NCBI RefSeq assembly: GCF_020745735.1
Contig: NC_083424.1
Coordinates: forward strand, 48,532,999-48,596,998
Reading direction: 5' to 3'
DNA from: Hemiscyllium ocellatum
Taxonomy: Eukaryota
Length of the DNA stretch: 64,000 nt
Shown here: positions 49,098 to 61,789 of the stretch, one piece after another
How the letters are laid out: every line of letters starts with the position of its first letter
Numbering within the stretch: the stretch's first letter is position 1
The notes under the pieces: model-generated
Told to the model about the DNA's origin: nothing
The model's input: only the letters and a program-made list of their open reading frames with translations
Databases searched by the model: none
Position numbers and translations under genes: made by a program

Positions 49098-49947
49098 GTA
49101 AGTAAACTATCGGTCAACTCAACACTAGGAAAATCACCGAATCGAAAACTCCAGTGCCGAGTCACGGTTGGTGATTGTACCTCGACAGGCAAAGCGCCGC
49201 ACCAAACATTCAGTACAGTAATTACAATTTTCGCGCGACGCCGTTTCCATTCCACTGAAAGCAGCACCGCGATATAAACGCCGACCCGAGTGTGAGACGG
49301 CGGAAGGACAGTGTGGCGTTTTGCTGCAACTCCCTCTCATTTGTCTCGAAGCAGCGAAAACCACACAGTCCAAGATTTTCAGGTTTTTTTTCGCACTGGG
49401 CTCAGCAGTTTGATCAACTTTGATCAACGTTGATCCTTTTTCTGCGTTAACGCACACACAGGCAGGGTTATTGTTTTCTTAGTAAATCATAGGACCAGTT
49501 GCGCCTACTCGCTTAATTGTTTGGCCATGTTTCAGGATGGGTTTTTCAGGTCATTATCCTTGTGTTTGCGCACGTGCTGCTGCATGTGTAGTTAGTTTCA
49601 GTGATGTGGTGTTAAAAACAGAAAATGCAGATAATCAAACACTGTGTAATATCATTATTTAGCGGCACAGAGTGAAATGGGCTTAGACACAATATAAAAG
49701 AGAAAGGCGTCCTTTCGCTATACTTGTTCTTTCTTCAAACGCATCTCAGGAGGAGGAATATTTATCGTAAAATACTTTGCGCTTTGAAAATGTTTTAGAA
49801 AACTGTTGAATAATCCCGCGTGACACTGTCCGCTTCAGTGTCAGAATATTCAAATATACTCCAGATCGTACAGGAGTTGTGGTAAAGGGAACGTTAACAC
49901 TTGACTGATCCCTCTCAATTTCAACGTGTACATTTTACCGTTGTAGA

Positions 49948-50246
49948 GGGCAGCACGGTGGCTCAGTGGTTAGCACTGCTGCCTCACAGCACTGGGGTCT
50001 CAGGTTCGATTCCAACCTTGGACAACTGTCTGTGTGGAGTTTGCACATTCTGCCCGTGTCGCATGGGTTTCCTCCGGGTGCTCCGGTTTCCTCCCACAGT
50101 CCAAAGATGTGCAGGTCAGGTGAATTGGCCATGCTAAATTGCCCAGAGTGTTAGGTGCATTAGTTCGACGGAAGTGGGACTGGATGGGATACTCTTCGGA
50201 GGGTCGGTGTGGGGCCGAAGGGTCTGTTTCCACATGTAGGAAATCT
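49948..50246 (+). mobile_element. HE1-type SINE in J-C intron of cluster B
   Basis: ggcagcacggtggctcagtggttagcactgctgcctcacagc..ggttcgattcc head through the ctgtttccac tail. Confidence 0.9.
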
Positions 50247-51790
50247 TAAAAAAAAGGAGAATCTCTCAGAATGTGACTGGATTGTTTATTCGAGACGGGT
50301 AACTCTGGTGCTGGGTATACGCGCTGATGTGCCTAACTTTGGAACTTCTAGATCAAGAATTGAAATAAGCACTATTTTAATCTTCAGATTATATAAACCG
50401 TTTCACACCGTGTTTGCAGCTCACGGTCGTCGGCGCGGACGATTAGTTAAAAATAGAAGAAATTGTAACAATCCTGCTTTGAGATTGTTACAACGACGCT
50501 GCATTTTATTTATAGTATCATGAGAATAATTCTATTTAATCAGAAGAAAGAGAATAAAGAAGTTGCTCAACATTACAAGATATACAAGCTTGAACGCAGG
50601 AGTGGTGTAGGGCTGGGGAGGTCGGAGAGGGACGGTGGGGGAGTGAGGGCGAGTGTAGTGGCAGTGATTAGATGAGCGCAGATGGTGCCCAAAGAGAGAG
50701 CAGCTCAAGGAATTAAGATTGGTATAGCATGTAACAGAACCTCAGGACAGGCCAGTGGCTGTCAATGTATACTGTTGAAGTGCAATCATTTCTGTAGTTT
50801 AAAAACCGCGAGGCCATTCACCAGTAAATAGCGCTGCGATAACGAGCCGTTGTCTTTAGCGATATTTTTGGCCAGAGGCATTTGTGTTTGCATTTCGACG
50901 ACAGTGATGGATTCTGTTTATTCAATAACGACACAATTGGCTCCAATGTTATCAAATATTTGTTGGAAACGCATTCGTTTTGTTGAAACAGTATCTCCTA
51001 ACACTGATGACACGGATGTCTCCGATTCTGGCATTTCGAATGCGATGGGAGAGCCCTCTGTGATTTTTCAGTGTTGCCACTGACAGGGGTAGGAGTGGGA
51101 AAGATGCAATCGATCTGAGCCGTAGGGATAGTAACTAAACAGAAATACAGCTATCAACCTAAACAGCCCACTCTCAAACACAGCCTAAAGCAAGAATTAA
51201 GAATAAGACCAGATTGGTGGCAATGGCGTGTATGGAATACATGTCCCAAAATGTTGTTTTGACAGCAGTGATTCCAGATTTTATAACAAATTCTGATTTG
51301 CCACTTTAATTTTGTGTCTAATCATCGGTTCCTGGGAGACTACGACAGGCAAAAAAATTGCAGATGCAGAAAATCTGAAACAAAAAGCAGAGAGTGTTGG
51401 AGAAACTCTGGCATTTCCTATAAAGAGAAAAGCAGAATTGACGTTTGTAGTTCAATGACTTCACAGGACTTTCTCTCTACAGACAATGGCAGACCTGCCG
51501 TGCTTCCCCAATGCTCTGTCGTGTCGAGATTTTATATAAGTTTCGTTTTAAATGTTTTCACTTGAGAGAATCTTCATTTGGTATCTCACAGTTGTCAAAA
51601 ATGAAAACATCTTCTCGGGTAATATCTTCCCGACAGCTGCAGATCACAGGCTCCAGTTTAATTTACATCAAATTACTCCATTCTCTTAACCATCTCGCAG
51701 CTTCAGAGTGACATCGAATTTTAAGAGATTTTAAGAAAGTAAAATATTAATTGCAGTTTTATTACAATTTCATTTATTGCTACTTTACAG

Positions 51791-52113
51791 AGCCACGGAG
51801 ACCCACAGTTTCCCTGCTTCCGCCTTCATCGGTTCAAATCACGGAAAAGAACACGGCGACCCTGGTGTGTTTGGTGAGCGGTTTTAACCCGGGAGCTGTG
51901 GAAATCGAGTGGTCGATAGATGGCAGTGTCAGGGGGGATAATGTTGAGACCAGTCGGATCCAACAGGAGACGGACAACACGTTCAGTGTGAGCAGTTATC
52001 TGACCCTGTCAGCCTCAGAATGGAACTTACACGAACTTTACTCCTGTGGGGTTAAACACGAGACTCTGACAAATCCACTCCAGGGAACTATTGCGAGATC
52101 CAACTGCATCTGA
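51791..52113 (+). CDS. IGL: Ig lambda constant exon, cluster B (intact)
   Basis: Acceptor tactttacag ending at 51790. Translation (E)PRRPTVSLLPPSSVQITEKNTATLVCLVSGFNPGAVEIEWSIDG..FSVSSYLTLSASEWNLHELYSCGVKHE..RSNCI-TGA; phase matches the J donor. Confidence 0.97.
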
Positions 52114-52338
52114 CAGAAGATTGTCAGAAGATAAATGTTGTGCATTTATCCCCCTTATTAGAGAAGCTTCTTGAAAACTAAGTTCCCAAATTAGCTATTA
52201 CATGTTCAATTTTAAACGGAACATTTCTAACAAACGCAATAGTTCAAATTGTCGGCTGCGTCCTACTTTCTGTAGTTTAAAGAGCGTTCACCCTGAAATC
52301 ATCAATGTTTCAATGTAACGTTGCAAATATAGCTTTGT

Positions 52339-52344
52339 AATAAA
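52339..52344 (+). terminator. Probable polyadenylation signal of cluster B
   Basis: AATAAA about 225 nt downstream of the stop codon, similar to the spacing in cluster A. Confidence 0.6.
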
Positions 52345-55150
52345 ATTTGTGTCCCATGATCTCAGATGCGGTTATTCATTTCTGTCCGACATCACTGGGG
52401 CCGCTTAGAGCAACATGCTGAGTATGTAAAAAGCCAAATTAATGGTTTATGCTTATTTGGACACATACGGTAGGTTAGTTAGAATTTATGAAATTAATCA
52501 TACAACTTTAAAAAGATAGACCTCGCTAACTCATATCGGTATGGGAATGAGCGGCACTTCATGCGTATGCTAAAATCAAAAGCACATTGTGAAAGTACTA
52601 ATGCATCTGGATTTACAAATTTAGAGTAAACGTTACACCTGCCTTTTCTTTTGGGGACCTAATTCTGCAGTGCAGTTTCTGACGTTGCACGACAGTTTCT
52701 TTTTTTCCGAAATAGTCCAACAACTTTAATCCTTGCTCATCATAGTTATTTTGACATGGGTGCCAAAATATTTTGTGAAACATAGCTGCAGATTTCATGG
52801 GGCTTTTTATCATAAACCAACTCACTTAAGAAACACGCTTTTAAAATCCTACTTCAGAGTAATCTTGAACTCGGTGCAATATCTATTCCTCTATGTTGTC
52901 TATTTTTGGAATGACTGAACAATTGAACATTATCACAAATATAAAAAGGTAAGTTGCTAAAACGATCTGAAGTTTATTTCAGAAGGTATTGCTTACAACG
53001 AATATTTCATAGATTGAATGCTTATGCGCTCATTTAAGGTACCATAAAACATAACTTATAATAAGAACCTGGGAAGTGATAGACCTGGAACATCAAAAAG
53101 TCAATTTGCACAATGGGTGGAGGCAGAGTGAGGCTGTTTAAATAAACTCCGCCATCTGCAGGTATCTAAGGGAAGCAGTTGGCAATTGGTTGAGAGGCAG
53201 GAGAGTGCCAACAAAGAGTAAGGATTCATTTCCTCATCGCCTGGGTGGGGAACTGGATTCTGGGAGCAACAAGTTCCAACGCAACCGCTTTTTATAACAT
53301 ATACTAAAGACTTAGATGAAAGGGAAGGGAGATGTATATAAAAGTTTGCAGATGACACAATGCTAAGTGTAACAGTGAGTTACATGACATCCTTAATGAA
53401 ATCCCGTAGAGAATCTAAATGCCTAAAATATTGACAGCAAATTATCGCAGTGACAAATTATGCGTCCACACTGAACTTGACAGTAACAGAAACGGATATT
53501 TTACTCAATCCTTAGGCGTTCGGCATTGTGGATTAGTGAACAGATTTAGGTGTTCACGTGAAAAAGGAATGAAAACCAGAGCATTATTGTAGTAAGACAT
53601 GGAAAAGACACGTATAATACTTGCTACAATAAGACTGGAAATAATGTTCCTCCAGTACAGAGTCGTAGTCATACCATATCTGTTGTGGTACGCTTAGTTT
53701 TTGGCACCAAAATGCGTAATAGATACATTGGCCTTTGAAGGGGTAGAATATAAATTCTTCAAGATGATACTCTGATTTTAAACGTTTAATTGTCTTATCA
53801 AATTTCTGATATGTATTTTGTATTCACTTAAATTTGAAGATGGAAAATTGGTCAGGTAAAGTTGTTGGAAACAATTAACAAAACACAGGTATAAACAAAA
53901 AAAAAACTGCTGGAGCAGATGATGCAAAAGAAAACTAGCGCAGTATTAAAATTTAACACGATTACCAGTGAAATCAGGAAGAAACCCTTCATAAACTAGG
54001 TTAAAAATCAGGCAGCGTCTCGAAAGCTAGTGCTTCCAAATAAAACGATTGGACTGTAACTTGGTGTTGTGTGATTTTTAACTTGGTCCACCCCAGTCTA
54101 ACACCGGCAACTCCAAATCTTCACAAACTTGCACATTGCTTTCAACAGTGATGCGTAATCTTCAAAGATAATCGGTGAATAGAAATTACCAAGATTGTCA
54201 TTGCTATATCTTTGTGAGGTAAGGGTAGCCAGAAACCCCGAGCTCAACTTCCACCTGCTCCAGAAGTATGAAGAACACCTCTGACCAGATAAATGATAAA
54301 ACACCAATCAGAAAATATAGAGCAAAGATGAGCCAAGGAAGAAAAGCTACAGATTAAACATAATCAATCGAATAACGAACGCCTGGTTTAATTGCTATAA
54401 CAGGATAACGGCGCATTCTATATAATGACAATAATCGGTGTTGATCTGACTTGAAATGTGTGCGTCCTCGAAATGCGAATATTGCTTTCAATCACAACAA
54501 ACTATATTGTATTAAAGCAATAGGCTGAGGTCATGGGCTCGAGTTCCACCGTTGCATATGGTGGAATTTGAATTCGATTAATAATGAAAATCTGGAATTG
54601 AAAGCAGGCTAATCTCATGACATCAATGAAGTCGTCACCGAATATATTTTTCTAAATTACTTCATTTATTAATGTCCTTTACGGATGGTAGCTCTGCTAT
54701 CCTGAACAGGTCTGGGCCACATGTGATTCCACATCTACATAAATAGTTAACTTTTAAATGCCATCTAAAATGTTCTAATAAGTAGTTCGGATGCAAATGA
54801 TCCCTACAAAGTCTGCTAAAAGGAGTGAAACTGGACTGAGCTCCCAGCAATTATCCCGGCGCGAGAACCGGTAACAACGTACACCACAAAATTCCTTAAT
54901 AATATGTTTTATTCATTCACGGGCATAGGCGTTGCTGATTGGGCCAGCATTCCTCGCTCATTCCTCGTGGCTCTCGTGAAAGTCTTAATGAGCTGCCTTC
55001 TTGAACTGCTGTAGCCCATCAACTATTTGTAGACCACGATGTTATGAGGGAGGAACTTCCAGGATTTTGAACCAGTTACAGTGAATGAATAACACTGGTT
55101 TTCCAAGTCAGGTTTGTGAATTGCTTTGAGAAGAGCTTGCAGCTGGTGGT

Positions 55151-55379
55151 TGAAATGACTCCACGAAAACCGATATCCTGTCACTAAGCCACCCTTTATT
55201 TATACGTACATGATACTGACCTAGCTAGCTCAGAGCCGGCTTCTGGAGTACCCAGAACACTTGACGCTCCTGTTAAGATCTGTCAACCAGGATTCCCTGA
55301 TTAGACGAGGATAACAGCCCCAGTGAGGGAACTCAAATTCTATGAGGTTTACCTGGCTTAACTCGTTCCAATCACTACA
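55151..55379 (-). mobile_element. Solo LTR (229 bp)
   Basis: TG...CA termini, 5-bp flanks GTGGT (55146-55150) and ATGGT (55380-55384), and an AATAAA on the minus strand. It interrupts another dispersed repeat. Confidence 0.75.
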
Positions 55380-55464
55380 ATGGTATTCTCATGCATTTGC
55401 AGCCCTTGTTCTTCTGGATGGAAGTGATAAACCAGAAGTTGGACGAAAAGCTGTACAGGCCCAG

Positions 55465-55500
55465 GTTCTGAGGAAGGGTCACCAGACCTGAGACGTTAAC
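55465..55500 (+). mobile_element. Penelope-type tail with mutated hammerhead core (third family)
   Basis: GTT CTGAGGA A GGGTC ACCA GACCT GAG ACGT T AAC; A14 is changed to G. Confidence 0.65.
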
Positions 55501-55609
55501 TCTGATTTCTCTTCACACTTGCCGCCACCTGAGCTTTTCCAGCAATTTCTGCTTTTGTTTCTGTTTTGCATCATCTGCAGTTCTTTTGGTTTTTAGATCC
55601 TGGATTTGG

Positions 55610-56410
55610 AAACTGCTGTCATAGGAGCTTTGGCGAATTTGTCCAGTGCATCTTGCAGATAGTGGACACTGCTGCTACTAATTGTTGGTTGTGGAGTGAA
55701 TGAATATTTTGGACGTGGTACCAATCAATCGGATTGTTTGATCTGGTTGGTATTAAGACATTTGAATGTTGTTGGAGCTGCACTCGTCCAGGCAAATGTG
55801 AAGTACTTTTAATCACATTTCTGGTTAAAACCTTGCAGAAGATGAGCGAAAAGGATTTGGGGCGTCAGGAGACGAGTTCTGCCACGGTATTCCTGGACTC
55901 TGACCTATTCTTACAACCATTGCATTTATATTACAAGTTCAAATGTATTTCTGATCAATAATATCCACCAGGATGTTGAAAGTGTGGGATTCTATGATGA
56001 TAACGCCAGTGAATGTTAAAGGGTGATGGTTGTAACTTCTCATTTTGGAGATGGTCCCTGCCGAATACTTGCCAGCCAAGAATTAACAAAATTTTACAGC
56101 CAGTTTAATTATAGCTAACAAATATTTCCCAGGTCTTGTTGCATTTGGATATGGAATGCTGCAATATCTGTAGAACTGTAAATGGTGCAGATTATTGTTT
56201 AATCGTCAGTGAACATTCTGACATCTGATTTTATGAAGGTGGGAGGATCATTGATGAAGCAGCTGAGAATGGTTAGGCCTCGGACACTTCCCTAAAGGAC
56301 TCCTTCAGAGATGTCCTGGATATGTGATAAATGACATCTAACAAGCACAACCACTTTCCTGTGTGCTAGGCCAGATTCCGACAAGTGATGCAAATTTTCC
56401 TCTAACTCCC
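55610..56410 (-). mobile_element. Decayed CR1/L2-group LINE RT fragment
   Basis: Same family as 45600-47400; interrupted by the LTR starting at 56413. Confidence 0.65.
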
Positions 56411-56412
56411 AT

Positions 56413-59400
56413 TGTGATAATGCTGCTCCTTCAACAAGGCTATGTTGTCTTTTTTATCAGGAGGTCGTAAAAACACAGTTTCCAAAAAGTAGAGTTTTAC
56501 AGCTACTTTGATTATAGCAAACAAATACTGCCTCAGGCAAAAGGCTTTCAAATTTTTGAAAAAAAACTTACACATGAAAGAGGAGTGGCCACTTCTCCTG
56601 GCTCTTCTTGACTCTGGTTTGGGTTGTCTGCAAGCAGTAGAATTGAAAAAGCTGCTGGACCCAAAGAAGGAGCTATAAGCTGACCCTCCTCTCTCTCTGA
56701 CATCTCTCCTGTAAGACCGTGTGTTTGATTATACCTTTTGTGTCAAGAGCTGTTTATGGGGATTGTTGCAAATGTTTGAAGCAACAGCAATAAGTTGGGC
56801 TTATCTGCTGGGTTTTCCAGTGTGTTAAATTATTCAGGATTCTGTTCTCTTCTGTTTGCGTTTCATTTGGTAACCTTGAAGTGGAATTAACAGACAACCT
56901 GTTTGATCAGATCGTGTTGACAAACCAGGAGCAGGTAAGTGACACACCAGGTATCTTTAGCTCAGATAAATTTACTGAGTTACAGCAGAAAGATGAAAAT
57001 TTAAAGCAATTGCATCAAATGTCACACACAGAAAAATAATCTGAATGTATCCCTGAATGTCATGCTCTTAAAAATGATGTCTTAATTAGGAAATGCAGAC
57101 CATCACGTCTTCAGGCAGATGGGAAATGGGCAGACGTTCATCAAGTTGTATTGCCAGTGGGTTATAGAACAGAGGTGTCGCAAGTTGTGCACGAGCTAAC
57201 ACTAGAGGGCCATTTACGAGTGAGCAAAGCTCAAGCTACAATGCAAACGCATTTTTACTGGCCTGGACTGAACAATGGTATAGTTGAATTTTGTCAGATA
57301 TGTCATACATGGCAGGTAATTGGAAAACCACAGGCAATAATAAAACACGTGCACTTAATATCTATTCCTGAATTTGAGGAACTTTTTACAAGAGTCTTAA
57401 TTGATTACCTACCTAAAACAAAACGTGGGATCCAGCATTTGTTCACAATAATGGATGGATTCACTAGAATTCCAAGGGCTGTTCCATTCTACAATATCAC
57501 AGCTAAAAGGATTGTAGAGGAATTAATTAAAAACTTTCATGAGATAAGGACTTCCAACAGAGATACAATCAAAGCAACGGTTAAACCTACATCAAAATTA
57601 TTCAAGGAAATTATGGACAGCTGAGGAAAAAAAAATTCAAATCTGCTATGCACAAACCAGAGTAGCAGGCAGTGCTAGAAAGATGGCATCAGACACTAAA
57701 TGCCATGTTGAGGGTTATAGTCAGGACTATCCAGATAATTGGGATAAGGGAATTTCGTTGGTACCTTTTGTGAACAGAGACGCATGAAAAAAATCAATGA
57801 AATTCAGTTTTTGGGCATGAAGTAAGAAGACCACCAAAATCGATCAAAATCGAGAAATTGGTACGCTAGAATTCAGAGACCACATATTTGGGCTGCGTTT
57901 CAAATTTTAGGAATGATTAAGTGGAGTGGGGGAGTTGGCTTGACAGCATTTAAAAGAATCACAGCATACAATGAAACAGAAAGCAGACAGAAAACAAAAA
58001 CTCACAATTTTGTTATTGTGAATGAGGTGTTAATGTTGCTTCCAGTGATAGGTGAACCTTTACAAGCAAAATTTAATTGATCTTATCAAGTCAAAGGGAA
58101 GTCAGTGACATGAGCTACTTCATAAGGACTCCGGGCGGAACGAACTCTCAGAGAGTGTACCATGTGATTGTGCTCAAAAGGTATTTTGGCAGGGAAGGAA
58201 AGCCAAAAGAAATTGTTATTGGTTACAACACGGAGAGCAAAAACAACTTCAAAGGATTCTGAATAGTACATTCCTCAAATTTGACAATGAAGAAGTTGTC
58301 AAAAATTGGGATAAATTATTGAGTTACCTTCCACAGGAAAATCGGAATTACCTAAAAGAGATTTTACTATCACATGAGGAGGCATGTGGAAATAAGCTGG
58401 GATACACTAACCTAATTATGCATGATATAGATATAGGAGATGCTGTCCCGATTAAGCATCATCCTGATAGACATATTCTTTAAAGTTAGCACAGGTTCAA
58501 AAGGAACGCATGCTCCAAGACAACATAATCAATGTGATTTACAGTGACTGGATTTCACCCATAGCAATGATGCTGAACCCAGATGGAACCTAACGGTTCT
58601 GTGTGGACTATTGCAAAATGAATGAAGTTACACAAGCTGATGTCTGTAAAATTCCACGTTTGGAAGACTGTGTTGAAAAGGTAGGACAAGCAACTAAATT
58701 GCACTTACTCAAAGGATACTGGCAGGCACCTTTGTTTGAAAAAGTGAAGGCAAGTTTGGTTTTCATAACGCTGAATGGATTGTATCAGTTTAAAGTCATG
58801 CCATTTGGCGTGAAAAGATGTGCCAGACATATTTCGGAGACTAACCAATAAGGTTACTGTTGGATTACCCTACATGTTGATGACCTGGTGATTTTTAATC
58901 ACACATGGAAGAAACAATTGCAACATTTATCATCATTTTTTGATGCACTTTGGAAGGCAGGCTTGGTGATAAACCTGGCTAAAAGTGAATTTGCCAAGCA
59001 AAAGTCACCTTCCTGTATGGTGTTATTGGACATGGATAAATGGCTCCCTGGTATGCCAAAACAATGGTAATTGGGGCGTTTCCCATGCCATCAACAATAA
59101 AAACAGTCGTACAATTCCTGGCATTGAATGGATTTTATCGAACATTTATGCCAAGTTTTTACCTGCTCCATTCACTGAATTGCTAAGGAAAGACAAGAAG
59201 TTCCAATTGCCAACAGACTGACAGAGGCCTGTCGACACATTTGAAAGCTGTGTTAACCACTGCCGCAGTATTATCCACACAGAATTACACAAAGCCATTC
59301 AAGGTGGCTATTGATGCAAGTGATGTGTGTGTCAATGCTGTTCTCTTGCAAGGAGATGACCACAAGATGGAAAGATCTATTGGCTGTGTCTCCAGGAAAC

Positions 59401-60340
59401 TGAACATTCATCAGCAGAAATATTCAACAGTTGAGAAGGAGTATTTGAGCTTAGTGCTGGTGTTATGAAATTCCGATGTTTATGTTATCAGTAACATATC
59501 TGAGACAATCTGAGACTGATCAGAACCCATTGATGTCTGTGGAGAAATTTAAGGACAAAACTTCCAAACTGTTTAGATGGGGCTTGTTGTTACAGCCATT
59601 CAATTTGAAAGTTGCACATATGGCAGGACAAGAAAATATGATTGCTGATTCATTTTCAAGACTTGAAACAGAAACAGAGGCGTTTGATGGCAGGAGTAAA
59701 ACAGATTGAAACAGAATGTAACGGTGCATGTTTGCATGTTTATAGTCAATGACATGTATGCATATGCTATAGAGTACGAACAGTTTAGGACTAAGGGGAT
59801 TTAGAATTAAGCCATCTTCGGGTATTGATGGTCCATTTTTTTAAAGGGGGAGATGTGATGATGATGGTGCTCCTTTAAAAAGGTAATGTTGCCAATGTTT
59901 TTTTTAAGAGATCGTAAGAGCACAGGTTCTGAAAACGTTTAGGGTTGAAGGGTTTTATGGTCAGTTTGATTATAGCGAACAAATGCTGCCTCAGGACAAA
60001 AGGCTTTCACGTTTTTGCAAAACAAAAACCTGTACAATGAAAGGGGAATGGCCAGTTATCCTATCTTAGCTTTGCTCTGGTTAGGGTGGTTAGCAAGCAG
60101 TAGAGTTGGAAGAGCTGTTGGACCCAAAAAAGCAGGTCCAAGCCGATCCTCCTCTCTCTGACATCTCCTCTGTAAGGTCCTGTACTTGATTTTACCTTTT
60201 GTGCAAAGGCGTGTTTCTAGGGATAGTTGCAATTATTGGGAACAACATCATTAAGTTCGGATAATTTGCTGGATTTTTGGATAGGTTATGTTAGTCAGTG
60301 TTATCTTCTCTTTTGTTTGGTTTCATTTGGTAATCTTAGA
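56413..60340 (+). mobile_element. Decayed Ty3/Gypsy LTR retrotransposon with IN-RT-RNaseH order (Gmr1-like); gag/protease deleted
   Basis: Paired LTRs at about 56413-56880 and 59854-60340, with PPT aaagggggaga at 59843-59853 abutting the TG. Integrase zinc finger and core (GHLRVSKA..HFYWPGL..CQICHTWQ..FTRVLIDYLPKTK) at 57151-57624 precede RT (MDYCKMN..IPRLEDC..LLKGYWQ, 58603) and RNase H (PFKVAIDASD..SRKLN..QKYSTVEKE, 59241). Confidence 0.9.
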
Positions 60341-60344
60341 ATTG

Positions 60345-61585
60345 TTTATTTTTTATTTGTCATTTCTACCATGTATAACTGATACAGTAAAAACGGGGCA
60401 GCTACATGGACAGCACAATTCGTACGTGGCATAAAGTGCATAAGAAGTGCAAAACACGTAATTCACAGTGTAATAGTAGAATGATAAATATAGATATTTT
60501 TCTTGCAGCAGTTCGAAGTCGTGCGAAGAATTTCAGATGGAAAGAGTCTGATTATACCATGTTAAGGAGCCTGATGGCTTTGGGGAAGAAACTGCTGCAC
60601 AGTCTGGCTGTGAGAGACTGAATGCTCTGGTATTTTCTGTCAGACGGCAGGAGAGGGAAAAGTTTGGAAGAGGAGTGTATAAGGTCTTCCACAATGCTCT
60701 TAGCCTTCTGCATGCAGCATATGATGTAAATGTCTGCAATGGAGGGAAGAGAGATCCCAATGATCTTCTCAGCTGTCCTCACTATCTGTAGTAGAGTCTT
60801 ATGATTTGAGATGGTGCAATTCCCGAATCAGGCAGTGATGCAGTAGTTCAAGGGTCTCTCAATGAAGTCTCTGCAGAATTTAATGAGGATGGGGATTTGG
60901 GAGCTGGGCTTTCCTCAGCCTGTATAGAAAGCAAAGACGCTGCTGGGATTTTTTGGATGTGGAGCTGCTGTTGAGAGTCCACGTGAGATTCTCCGCCAGA
61001 TGTACACCAAGGAATTTGGTGCTCTTCATGATCTCCACGGGAGAGTCATCGATGTCCAGCAGAGAGTAATTTCGGCGTGCACTCCTGTCAACAACCATTT
61101 CTTTCGTATTTCAGAGAATGTAGTTGCTGGCTGTGCACCAGTCCATTAGTGGCTGCACCTCCTCTGTTTGCTGACTCAGCATTTATGCTGATGAGACCAT
61201 CCACAGTGACATCATCAGCGAACTTCATGATGTGATTCGACCTGTGCATCATTGCACAATCTTGTGTCAGCAGGGTGAACAGCAGTAGACTGAGCCCGCA
61301 GCCCTGGTGGGCCCCGTGCTCAGTGTGATGACATTGGAGATGCTGTTCCCAATCCGGTCCGACTGTGGTCTCCCAATAAGAAAGTCCAGGATCCAGTTAC
61401 AAAGGGAGGTATTTAGGTGCAGCAGACACAGCTTTCCAATCAGGTGCTGAAGAATGATGCAGAAGTCTCTGAATAGTAGCCTGATGTACCTGTTATTCTT
61501 CACCACGTGAGTGAAGGCCGAATGGAGGGTAGTGGAAATAGCATCATCAGTTGAGCAGTTTAGCCGACACACGAACTGCGAGATG
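60345..61585 (-). mobile_element. Rex1/Babar-clade LINE 3' fragment
   Basis: [57 protein letters not shown] and AEKIIG..LFPLLPSDRKY..SFFPKAIRLLN. Confidence 0.85.
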
Positions 61586-61789
61586 TTCAGTTTTGTTTAA
61601 AAATTTGGTTTTGTTTAAAAATAGGTGGTTGTACCAATTGCAACACTCCTGGATATCCGTGTTACACCTGCATAAACCAACTCGCAAAGTTAGGGTCTGG
61701 GCTACTTTTTGAGAGGGTTAACACGATTAACTCCAGTTTTGCTACAGCTCATTGGCAGCAAACTCAATGAAATGCAGCCTTGATGTTAA

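Noticed and set aside
15404-50233. Recurrent ORFs such as MWKQALRPNK.. and MANSP.LHIFGLW.. that look like a small gene family
   Set aside because: They are translations of HE1-type SINE copies.
54791-56395. Octamers ATGCAAAT at 54791 and 56388 as a 3' enhancer of cluster B
   Set aside because: Both lie inside recognisable dispersed repeats with no supporting motif cluster; chance occurrence is likely.
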